A DNA stretch of 64,000 nucleotides, taken from contig CAWIIC010000004.1 of NCBI GenBank assembly GCA_963836045.1, positions 77,283 to 141,282 of the forward strand, given 5' to 3'. Shown in pieces: positions 46,408 to 55,891 of the stretch. This DNA comes from an uncultured Pseudomonadota bacterium. GTDB taxonomy: Bacteria; Chloroflexota; UBA5177; JAJPKF01. A model generated the notes under the pieces. The model saw only the letters and a list, made by a program, of their open reading frames with translations. It was not told where the DNA came from and did not search any database. Position 1 is the first letter of the stretch. Every line of letters begins with the position of its first letter. A program made the translations under genes and the position numbers.

Positions 46408-48586
46408 AAGCCACCAGCGGCTCTTCAGATAAGCCTCGTCTCTCGCGCTCGACGAGAGGCGAGGCTTTCGCGCCGGTTAGACGGGCAATGGACGACGGTA
46501 GCCACCAGCACCACCGTCCCAGCAGCACCATCAAGCTCGGCATGAGGAGGATGCGTATCAGAGTCACGTCCAGGACCACGCCGAACGCGAGCCCAGCGCC
46601 GAACTCCTGCAACCCCGCGACCCGGCCAATCATGAAGCCGGCAAAGGAGGCCATCATTATCAGGGCAGCCGCAGTCACGATAGGGCCCGTGCGTTCGAGC
46701 CCATATTCAACCGCCAGTCTACTGTCCATCCCGTCGTCCCACGCCTCTCGCATCCGGGTGACGAGGAACACCTCGTAGTCCATCGAGAGTCCGAACAGCA
46801 CGGCGAAAAGGAAGACCGGGATCCAGCCCTCGATTTGTGGAATCCGGTACAGCCCTAGCCAGCTGCCGGCGCCGAAACGAAAAATCACGACGAGGATCCC
46901 AAGGGTGGCGGCGACTGAGACCGCGTCTAGGATCAGAGCTATCAAGGGCAGCAAAAGAGATCGAAACGCTCGCAATAGCACGAGGTAGCTGAGGACCATC
47001 ACTATCAGAACGACCCACGGAAATGCTCCGTACATCCGAGCGAGAAAGTCGACTCCTTGCGCCGGGCCCCCACCGGTAGAGATGCCCAACCCGCCCGGGA
47101 ATTTAGCCTTCGGAATGTAACTCCGCCGCAAACGGTCGACGAACCTCTGCGATGCTTCGGCGCCAAATGCGTGCCGACCGACCACGATAATGCGGCGGTA
47201 GCGGCCCGATGGATCGACGTACGGCGCTTTCGGTCCGATGGCAACTACGAACACCTCGGGATCTTGGAGGAGATTGGTGCCGAGACGTAGGATGGCAGCC
47301 GACGTCCCTGCCGAGCGTGCCCTCCCGCGCCTACCGCCGTCGATAACGATCTCAACGGGCGTGATTGCTCCCGCGCCGACATGATCGCTGAGGAGTCTTA
47401 AGCCCCTGGCAGATTGCGTGATCTGGGGAATGGCTGAGATCGAGCCCGGAGTGAGCTGGAGCCACATGACGGGCGTGACTAAAGCTGCCAGCGCACACGC
47501 GGAAACAGCCAGCACAATCAAATGCCGTCGGATGACTGTCCGAGCCAGCCGCGCCCACAGGCCGCGGCCGGCGCGATAGGCCCTGGCCATCGTGGGTTCG
47601 GCAAGGCCCCGTACCCCAAACCTCCCCAGCAACGAAAGGAGGGCAGGCTGAAGCGTGAGAGCGGCAAGAATCGATACCAACGGCACGACGACTCCCGCCA
47701 CGCCCATCGAGCGTATGAAGGGCACCGGCATGATGAGAACAGCCGACAGCCCTATCGCTACCGCGGCACCCGAGAAGAGAACGGCCCGTCCGGCGGTCGA
47801 CATGGTGCGCACGACGGCGTCGTCGACTACGCCGGATTGGACGACCTCCTCTCGGAACCGTTGAACGATGAGAAGTGAATAGTCAATGGCCAGCCCGAGG
47901 CCAATAAGCTCAACGAGGTTCGGAACGTAGGAGACCATCAGTATGACGTGGGCCAGCGCATAGACGACGGCCAGAGTTGCGGTTATCGTGCACGCCGCGA
48001 AGACGAACGGAATGACCAGTGCCGGCCGGATACCCAAGACCAGGACTAACAGCAGGAGAACGACCGGCAATGCCAGCATCTCTCCCCGCCGCAAATCGAC
48101 AGCCAGAATGGGATTCAAGTCGTGCTGAATCGCGGGCGGACCGGTCACGTATGCGGGCTGAGCTCCCGATCCGGCAAGCGACCTGCGGAGCGTGACCGTG
48201 TATCCCTGAGCATTCTGAAGGTCGAGACCAGTGACAACATCACCGTACACGACACCACCTGAGGAGTGGAGGCCCGTGGCCCGAGCCCCCGGAATGCTTC
48301 GTGCCGCGCGCGCGACGCGACGCGTCAATGTCGCTAGGGTTGTGCGGCCGGCTTTGCCAACGTCAAACACCACGGTAAATGTGCCGTCTGGGTTCTCCTG
48401 AAAGTGCTGCGCCAGCTCCGTGTCCGCCTGCTGAGAGCTGGTTCCAGGCACAGCGAGAGAAGTCGACAGAAGAGCCGGGAGCCTGACGGCGGAAACCGCA
48501 CCCACCACAGCCACCAGGACCCAACACGCGACCACCAAGAATCGAAAGCGAATGACCCCGCGAGTCCAGCGATCGAGGACCGTCAC
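46391..48586 (-). CDS. MMPL-family (RND superfamily) membrane transporter
   Basis: 731 aa with two blocks of about 6 TM helices, each preceded by a soluble loop. GLGLAIDYSLLIV and GLSMDYEVFLVTRMRE motifs. Confidence 0.9.
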   Translation of the reverse strand: MTVLDRWTRGVIRFRFLVVACWVLVAVVGAVSAVRLPALLSTSLAVPGTSSQQADTELAQHFQENPDGTFTVVFDVGKAGRTTLATLTRRVARAARSIPGARATGLHSSGGVVYGDVVTGLDLQNAQGYTVTLRRSLAGSGAQPAYVTGPPAIQHDLNPILAVDLRRGEMLALPVVLLLLVLVLGIRPALVIPFVFAACTITATLAVVYALAHVILMVSYVPNLVELIGLGLAIDYSLLIVQRFREEVVQSGVVDDAVVRTMSTAGRAVLFSGAAVAIGLSAVLIMPVPFIRSMGVAGVVVPLVSILAALTLQPALLSLLGRFGVRGLAEPTMARAYRAGRGLWARLARTVIRRHLIVLAVSACALAALVTPVMWLQLTPGSISAIPQITQSARGLRLLSDHVGAGAITPVEIVIDGGRRGRARSAGTSAAILRLGTNLLQDPEVFVVAIGPKAPYVDPSGRYRRIIVVGRHAFGAEASQRFVDRLRRSYIPKAKFPGGLGISTGGGPAQGVDFLARMYGAFPWVVLIVMVLSYLVLLRAFRSLLLPLIALILDAVSVAATLGILVVIFRFGAGSWLGLYRIPQIEGWIPVFLFAVLFGLSMDYEVFLVTRMREAWDDGMDSRLAVEYGLERTGPIVTAAALIMMASFAGFMIGRVAGLQEFGAGLAFGVVLDVTLIRILLMPSLMVLLGRWCWWLPSSIARLTGAKASPLVERERRGLSEEPLVASTSQR

Positions 48587-48977
48587 GGGCTCACTCAGGG
48601 CACGTGAGCGCTAGCCACACCCGAAATCCTCAATCCGAGGGGGTGTATTTCCGAAGCCCAGCCGCAGAGAACGGTTCGCCCACAAGCCCCTAAGCCCACT
48701 GGCGGGCCTTGTGGCGTGGCCAGTGGCACCTGCACCTTTCATCCACAATGAACAGCAAGTCGAGTCGGCACAGGTCTATCCTAGCCTGCTGCTGCCGGCT
48801 AGTCGATGCGCATAATCCGGCGAGTGGGTTCCGAGAAAGACTTCCCGCACTGCCTCGAGTGGCTAAGGCTGCCCTTGTTCCGTACTACCTTTGGGGTTGT
48901 CCTCAGGCAGCTCATCCGCTGACGACACATGCGCCGAACTACCGACTGGATGAGCCACGGGTTGTTGCGCAACCTCG

Positions 48978-49184
48978 TCATCCGGTACACCGGCTATACG
49001 CCGAGGCGTAGCCGTGCACGTCTTGGTTATCTGCAGGGTCGTCCGCTTCCTTTTGCGTTTCGTGTTTGAATTCCCGAATTGCCTTGCCAATACTGCTTCC
49101 TGCTTCAGGAAGTCGCTTGGGACCTAAAAAGATCAAGGCAACGACCAGGATGATTATTATCTCGGGTAAATGTCCGGCAATCAT
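48978..49184 (-). CDS. tatA: Twin-arginine translocase TatA/TatE family subunit
   Basis: MIAGHLPEIIIILVVALIFLGPKRLPEAGSSIGKAIREFK. GGAGG lies 5 nt upstream of this ATG. Confidence 0.85.
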   Translation of the reverse strand: MIAGHLPEIIIILVVALIFLGPKRLPEAGSSIGKAIREFKHETQKEADDPADNQDVHGYASAYSRCTG

Positions 49185-49344
49185 GAGGGCCTCCAAAGTC
49201 GGCAGGTTTATTGCCGCCTACCTTAGGGTACGCCTACGAGGCGAAGATTTCGAGCGCAGCCGGCCCTCTGAGCTGTATCACGTCGACACGTACGTTGTTG
49301 ACTGAGGCAATGGCAGGACACGCGCTTCATAACAGGGTTGGAGA

Positions 49345-50911
49345 CTACGCATGACTTTCCACCGCACTCCGCAAGGACGCCGCCCCGTTTTGGAGGGCTG
49401 CTGCCTCGTGTTGGTCTGAAGCCGTGTGGTTACGCAGCTCATGGAACAGTCGGAGATAGTGCGCGTACTCTTCGTATGCTGCTTCGTTCGGCTCGACGGT
49501 CCGGCCGATCCGGACCCAGTCGGAATCGAGAGCATCGAGAGAGGGAATGATTCCCGCGGCATAGCCTGCCAGGAACGCATCGCCGTATGCCGCCCCTATC
49601 GTCTGCTCGGGCACTTGCTGGCTGACACCGCTCACGTCCGACACGATCTGCAGCCAGAGAGGGTTGCGAGCGCCGCCGCCCACAGCCACAATCCTCTTGG
49701 CGTGGGCTCCGGATTCGCGCATAGTCTGAAGGTTGTGGGCGATGCCGTACGCCGTGCCCTCGAGGATCGCCCTGAAGAGGTGACCTCGGTCATGAGCGAG
49801 ACTGAGGCCGCAGATCACGCCGCGGGCATTCGGATCGTTAATCGGGGTCCGCTCGCCGCTGAAATACGGGAGCACGAGCAGGCCGTTCGAGCCGGGAGGG
49901 GCCGATTCAGCCTCCCGGATAAGCTGAGAGTAAGCGGCATCGGGTCCTGAGACCATCAGATCACGGGCAAAATTGTCGCGAAACCAGCGAGTCAGAGCCC
50001 CCGTTGTCGACATGCCGGCAGCGACTCCATACAAACCAGGAAACGCGTGGCTGACACTCCACATCGTGGGGTGAGAGGCCGGATGGTCAGTCGCCAGTAT
50101 GAAGAAAGTGGTAGTGCCGTACATGCACATGAGATCGCCCGGGTGGACTGCGCCGACGCTCACGGCTTCGGCTACGGCGTCCACCGTCCCCACGGTCACC
50201 GGAGTGCCGGGAGATAGTCCCGTCTGATCGGCTGCAGCGGCCGTGACTTGGCCGGCTACTTGCGTCGACCACCGGACGGGGGGCAGTCGACTGACTTCAA
50301 CGATATTCGTCGCGTATTCGGAGGTCCACGTGCCCGTGCTGAAGGAATAAAGCGGATTGTACAAGGACGCGGTGTAGGCATCCATAACGTGCTCTCCGGT
50401 CAAACGCAGCACGATGAAATCGTTGGCCGAGTGAAATGAAGCAGCGGACGCGAAGATCTCAGGCTCGTTCCGGCGCAGCCAGAGCAGTTTCGGGCCGACC
50501 GCCTGCGAGCTGAGAACCGAACCTCCGGCCCGATACAACACTTCCTCGCCATAGCAGTCGTTGAGGAAGTCAATCTCAGCCGTGGCCCGCGTGTCGATGC
50601 CATAAAGAATGGCCGGTCGGAGCGCCCGACCTTGAGTGTCGACCGGGACAAGGCTAGGTCCAATCCCGCTGACGGCCACCGCGCCAACATCGGAGCCTTT
50701 CCGCTCGGTCGCGCTCAGTAAGTCTCCGGCACAGAGCGCAAAACTCGGCCCACCAGACGGTCTCCGGATCATGCTCGGCCCATCCCGGACGCGGAATGCT
50801 CATGCCGTGCTCCAGCGCCCGCGAAGCCAGGATCTCGCCCTGGGGTGTTGTCAGCACCCCCTTGGAACTGTATGTCCCTATATCGACTCCGATCAGCAGC
50901 CCACCGGTCAT
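49345..50911 (-). pseudogene. FGGY-family carbohydrate kinase (xylulokinase-like), frameshifted as assembled
   Basis: The N-terminus LLIGVDIGTYSSKGVL...GWAEHDPETVWWAEF is in ORF 50654-50911. The remainder, ALCAGDLLSATERKG...GGGARNPLWLQI, is in ORF 49345-50772. The switch is at the plus-strand AAAA run 50741-50744. Confidence 0.8.
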
Positions 50912-51320
50912 TGCTGAAGATCTCCTCTGTACGGGGTTGGACAGCGGTAGCCTTCAAGCTTACGCTCACTCCTCGTCAAGACGCCGCACGGTGATTGGTT
51001 ACGGCCCCTTACAAGTCGCGATGTCGTAGCGCTCGAAACACAGGCACGCGGGGTGACATCAGCGAGTCGAACAGGCACGGTCATCCTTCAGGGATCGATG
51101 GAGGACAGTGGCGTCAGCTAAAGCCAACGTCAGAGGGAGAAACACGCGGATTCGGCCGATAGGCGCGTCGGGCCCCGTGCGTAACCGTTACGTCACAGGC
51201 TATCAAAAGAAGGGCCTGGCCCTGCATCGTTTGGGTCGCCATTAACTTTGAGGCTTGAATCAATAGCCGTAACGGTTATCGTAACGATTTTTGGACGCTT
51301 TGACGCTACACTGGTGTCAA

Positions 51321-53021
51321 ATGACAACTGCAACACGCTCTTTGTGGAGTTCCCTGTTTCGGCGGCGGGGACAAGCTCGGGAAACATCAGCTCCGATCGC
51401 GAAGCCGCCGTCCGCATCGGTACCAGCGGATCCGATCGCCATAGCTCCCAACGATCCGCTCGTAGCCTACTTGCAGACGGCATCCGGCAGCGTGGACGTC
51501 CAGGAGCTGCAGATGGACTCGCCGGCACTCCAAGACATGAAAGCATCCGGCATCCGGCTGGCGGTGCCTCTGGTTTCCCAAGGCGAGCTCATCGGCATCC
51601 TCAACCTGGGACCACGTCTGAGTCAGCAGGAGTACTCGAGCGACGATCGCTCGCTCCTCAACAACCTGGCCTCGCAGGCAACTCCCGCACTGAGAGTGGC
51701 GCAGCTGGTCAGGCAGCAGCAGGAGGAGGCGGAGGAACGGCAGCGGATCGAGCAAGAGCTGCAGGTCGCGCGACTCATCCAGCACACGCTGCTTCCCAAG
51801 AGCCTGCCGCAGGTGGACGGCTGGCACCTGGCAGCGCACTACAGGCCCGCGCGAGCGGTCGGAGGGGACTTCTACGATTTCATAGAGCTCGACGACGGCC
51901 GCCTTGGGCTGGTGGTTGGAGACGTCACGGACAAAGGCGTACCGGCGGCGTTGGTGATGGCCACCACTCGAAGCGTCCTCCGATCGGCTGCAGGTAACTC
52001 CACCGATCCTGGGCCGGTGCTGCAACGGGTGAACAACATCCTCTGTCCCGACATCCCCCCGAACATGTTTGTCACCTGCCTGTTTGCCGTGCTGAACCCA
52101 GTCAGCGGCCACGTCGTCTACGCGAACGCCGGGCATGATGCGCCATACCAGCGGACCGAAGACGGAGTCGTAGAGCTGAGGGCGCGGGGAATGCCTCTCG
52201 GCTTGATGCCGGATATGGAGTACGAGGAGATGGAGACGCACCTGGCTCCGGGCGACGCCGTGCTCTTCTACAGCGACGGACTGGTCGAGGCTCATAATGC
52301 GCAGAGAGAAATGTTCAGCTTTCCCAGGCTACGCGACCTCATGGCTGAGCACGACATGTCGACGACGGAGGAGCTCGTCGATTTTCTTCTCGGCCAGCTA
52401 GCTCAGTTCACCGGCCCGGACTGGGAACAAGAGGATGACATCACTCTCGTGACGCTGGCCAGGGTACGCAACGTGGCCCGACTCACCTCGTTCGCGACCG
52501 ATATGTTGGATCAGGATCAGGAGCTGAAGGACGCTCCCACTCGCGGGGACGAAGGACTGTCTATGGCAGGCGCCGGAGACGGCTGGAATACCTTGGTCGA
52601 ATTCTCAGTGCCGAGCGCGCCCGGCAACGAACGGGGCGGCCATGGAGCGAGTGCACGATGCGGTGAAGCCGCTCGGACTCGAGACACGCACGGCGCGAGA
52701 GACTGGGAACAGCCGTTGCCGAAGCGACGATGAACGCCATGGAGCACGGCAATAAGTACCGAGCCCGAGCTGCTGGTCGCGGTCCGGGTGGACGTCTCGT
52801 CGCAGTCGGTCAGAGTGGGCATCACCGATCAGGGCGGTCCAATCCCGCTCGATCCGCAGGAGCCGGATCTCGAGCTAAAGCTCGCAGGAATGCAGACGCC
52901 CCGCGGGTGGGGCATGTTTCTCATCAAGAACATGGTGGATGATATGCGCGTGGTCGACGACGAATCCGGTCACACTCTGGAGCTGACCATCCACAGGGAA
53001 GGAATCAATCGTGTCGAGTGA
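51321..53021 (+). pseudogene. Partial-GAF / PP2C (SpoIIE/RsbU-type) phosphatase fused to an RsbW-like HATPase anti-sigma kinase domain, disrupted by three frameshifts
   Basis: Phosphatase motifs: VARLIQHTLLP, AVGGDFYDF, VVGDVTDKGVPAAL, FYSDGLVEA, DDITLV. The kinase part must be read across three frames: SVPSAPGNER / AAMERVHDAVKPLGLETRTAR / RLGTAVAEATMNAMEHGNKY / EPELLVAVRVDVSSQSVRVGITDQGGPIP...GWGMFLIKNMVDD. The start is taken at ATG 51321 (MTTATRS). Confidence 0.75.
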
Positions 53022-53383
53022 AGAGTTCAGCCTGACCGTACGCCACAGTCCAGATCTCTCGATACTGGACCTCAAAGGGGAAATCAACGCTTCGGCTCAA
53101 GCCGCTCTCGCGGCCGGCTACGACGAGGCGGAGAGAGCTCAAGCGAAAGTCGTCCTACTCAACTTCAAGGACGTGGCATACATCAACAGCACCGGAATCG
53201 CGCTGATCGTGAGTCTTGCTCGGAAGGTCACGGGCGGCAGGTCGCCGGCTTTTGGCTTGCGGACTGAGCGACCACTACGTCGAGATTTTCAACATCACTC
53301 GATTGGCGGACTTTATGTCCGTGTTCCCGGACGAATCCGCGGCAGTCAAGGGGCAGGCTGCCACACAGACTGTATCTACATAG
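53011..53383 (+). pseudogene. STAS-domain anti-sigma-factor antagonist, frameshifted as assembled
   Basis: LDLKGEINASAQAAL...VVLLNFKDVAYINSTGIALIVS, then the family-like continuation LLGRSRAAGRRLLACGLSDHYVEIFNITRLADFMSVF in the next frame, ending at TAG 53381-53383. The switch lies at about 53215-53222. Confidence 0.75.
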
Positions 53384-53392
53384 GAGGGAAGT

Positions 53393-53737
53393 ATGAATCA
53401 GGAGCTGATCTTGAACGTCCGGCATGAACACGGCGCCGGAGTTATCGAAATCCATGGCGAGCTGAATGCCTCTGCCGACAGCGCTCTGTCCGAAGCCTAT
53501 ACGCAGGCGGCGGAGGCGGCGGACGCGATTATTCTCAATTTCGAGGGTCTGGAGTACATGAACAGTAGTGGAATCGGGCTGCTGGTCACGCTCCTCATCC
53601 GGGCCAACCGGCAGAAGAAGCGCCTCATCATCTGCGGGCTGACGGACCACTACCGGCACATTTTTCAGATCACCCGCCTTGACGACGCGATCGCCATTCA
53701 CGGCACTGAAGCGGAGGCGTTGGCCTCACTGAAATAG
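53393..53737 (+). CDS. STAS-domain anti-sigma-factor antagonist
   Basis: 114 aa. IEIHGELNASADSAL, ILNFEGLEYMNSSGIGLLVTLL, RLIICGLTDHYRHIFQITRLD. GGAGGG RBS upstream. Confidence 0.85.
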   Translation: MNQELILNVRHEHGAGVIEIHGELNASADSALSEAYTQAAEAADAIILNFEGLEYMNSSGIGLLVTLLIRANRQKKRLIICGLTDHYRHIFQITRLDDAIAIHGTEAEALASLK

Positions 53738-53859
53738 CTCCCGGTCGTCTCCACAACACACCGGGCAGTTCGTGAAGTTAAGAACAGCGCCTCGAGCGAG
53801 TCGCAGAGTGAATAGTTCTAGAAAGTCAGTAGTCAGAGTAACTGGGTTAGGAGGGCAGA

Positions 53860-54642
53860 ATGACCGAAAACAGCACAAAGCATGACAACGTCCTTCCACG
53901 TGATGCGTCGAATTGGGCTCAGCAGACGGACGACGTGCGTCTGTCCGGCGTCCCTCTGGGCGCGCGCAACGTCAACGTCGAGGGCAAGCAGGCAGTAGGA
54001 CCACTCCAGGGTTTCGGCCCCATGTGGCAGAAGACGTATCGAGTAAGGCTGGTTGGCAGCGATGCAACCCCAAAGGATGTGATCTCTACCTGGAAGAAGC
54101 ACTTTCCCGAGTTCTGGCCGCCAAACAACAAGTTCTATGCTCCCCTCACGGGAATCGCTCCAGGCGAGGCCGCCCTGATAAACTCTTCTCTGCCGGGTGG
54201 AATGCCGTTGTCAACGGGCGTACTCGTGCTGTACGCGGATGACGAGTCATTTACACTGATGACCACGCAGGGCCACCCGTTCTCCGGTTGGGTGACGTTC
54301 AGCGCGTCCACCGAAGCTGGTGCGAAGGAGGCAGAGAGCTGCACGGTAGCCCAAGCTCAAGTGCTTATGAGAGCCAATGATCCCATCTACGCTATCGGAA
54401 TGCGGCTCGGTGGCCACAAGGAAGAGGACAAGATCTGGCAATGGACGCTGACGTCGCTGGCCAGGCATTTTGGAGTTGAGGGCCACGTAGAAACGGTTTG
54501 TCAGTGCGTCGACCGAAAGGTCCAGTGGTCCCGGGCCAAGAACATCTGGTACAACGGCGGCGTCCGGACGACCATGTACGTGATGGCTACTCCGGTCCGC
54601 CTGGTAGCGCGGCCGTTTTCGGGCTCTCGATCGAAGGTTTGA
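53860..54642 (+). CDS. Hypothetical protein
   Basis: 260 aa with good coding composition and an AGGAGGG site upstream. I cannot assign a family from memory. Confidence 0.55.
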   Translation: MTENSTKHDNVLPRDASNWAQQTDDVRLSGVPLGARNVNVEGKQAVGPLQGFGPMWQKTYRVRLVGSDATPKDVISTWKKHFPEFWPPNNKFYAPLTGIAPGEAALINSSLPGGMPLSTGVLVLYADDESFTLMTTQGHPFSGWVTFSASTEAGAKEAESCTVAQAQVLMRANDPIYAIGMRLGGHKEEDKIWQWTLTSLARHFGVEGHVETVCQCVDRKVQWSRAKNIWYNGGVRTTMYVMATPVRLVARPFSGSRSKV

Positions 54643-54694
54643 GAGCCCGACCGGTCATCCGGGCCGAAGCTTCGGGGTCGTCGAGAACCCAATC

Positions 54695-55891
54695 ATGATC
54701 GCCTGGTTCGAGTCCCACCGTGTGCAGATCATACGAGGTGTGTGGCTTGCTCTAGCAGTAGGTGTCAGCACGGTTTGGACGACAACCATCGTCGCACAGT
54801 GGCCAAACCTCACTACCGTCTGCCGGACAAGGACCGGCTGTGAAGGCGGGGCGGCCGGTCAGATCAGTGCGACCGCCGCTCATACCCTAAGTCAACACGG
54901 CATCTCGATTCAAGCATTCGCTCTCCTCAGCGTGGGAATTCCGGCGCTCCTTTTGATTGTCTGGCTCGGCATGGGAGCGTTGGCCGTGTGGCGTAAGCCA
55001 AACGACCGGGGCGCTCTGTTGGCCGGGTTCTTTCTCGCAGTCTTTCCACTGCTTTTAGACAATGTGATTCCCCTGGGGATTACGCTCCTGGCGCTCATAC
55101 TGTTCGGATTATTGTTCCCCGATGGCTGCTTTGTACCTCTTTGGACGCGCTGGCTGGCACTTGCGGCAACGGTTGTCTGTCTAGCTTCTGTGGTTGTAGA
55201 TGTCCTAGGACTTCCAATGCTCCCAATGATTTTTGCCGTCATCGGAGGGCAAATATATCGCTTTCGATCCGTGTCGACCTGGAGCCAGCGACAGCAGACC
55301 AAATGGGCAATGCTTGGACTCGGCGCCGGAACCTTGGGCTTCCTCACAGTCCTGGTCGCTCCAAAGGACACGAGCGGCTCAATCCTTTCGAGCGTCATCG
55401 GCCACGCCGGTTTTTTCATCGTGATCTCGGCCATTCCGGTATCAATCGGGATATCGGTTCTGCGCAATCAGCTATGGGACATAGATCGGATCATCAGTCG
55501 GGCCCTGGCATACACCGTCCTGACGATAACTCTGGCCACCGTCTATATCGGCGCTGTCATCGGTCTTCAGGACCTTTCCGCATTAGTTTCGCGTACCAGC
55601 TCAGTCCCAGCGATCGCGATTTCTACGTTAGTCGTGGCGGCACTTTTCACTCCGCTAAGGCAAAGGATACAGAAAGGTATCGACCGTCGCTTCTACCGCG
55701 CGAAGTACGACGCAGCCCGAACCCTAGCGGCCTTCGGAGAACGGCTGCGGGACGAAGTCGATCTCGGGCACCTGACACACGATCTTACTTCTGTGGTGCA
55801 TGAGGCGCTTCGTCCTGAGTATGTGAGTTTATGGCTGCGAGATCCGGTCAAGGACGCGCCGCTACAGCCGGGGGGCAAGCGGCCGGGGTGA
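54695..55891 (+). CDS. Multi-pass membrane protein with a conserved cytoplasmic C-terminal module (sensor-like, no output domain)
   Basis: 398 aa, about 8 TM segments, a Cys-containing first loop, and C-terminus IDRRFYRAKYDAARTLAAFGERLRDEVDLGHLTHDLTSVVHEALRPEYVSLWLR. Confidence 0.68.
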   Translation: MIAWFESHRVQIIRGVWLALAVGVSTVWTTTIVAQWPNLTTVCRTRTGCEGGAAGQISATAAHTLSQHGISIQAFALLSVGIPALLLIVWLGMGALAVWRKPNDRGALLAGFFLAVFPLLLDNVIPLGITLLALILFGLLFPDGCFVPLWTRWLALAATVVCLASVVVDVLGLPMLPMIFAVIGGQIYRFRSVSTWSQRQQTKWAMLGLGAGTLGFLTVLVAPKDTSGSILSSVIGHAGFFIVISAIPVSIGISVLRNQLWDIDRIISRALAYTVLTITLATVYIGAVIGLQDLSALVSRTSSVPAIAISTLVVAALFTPLRQRIQKGIDRRFYRAKYDAARTLAAFGERLRDEVDLGHLTHDLTSVVHEALRPEYVSLWLRDPVKDAPLQPGGKRPG

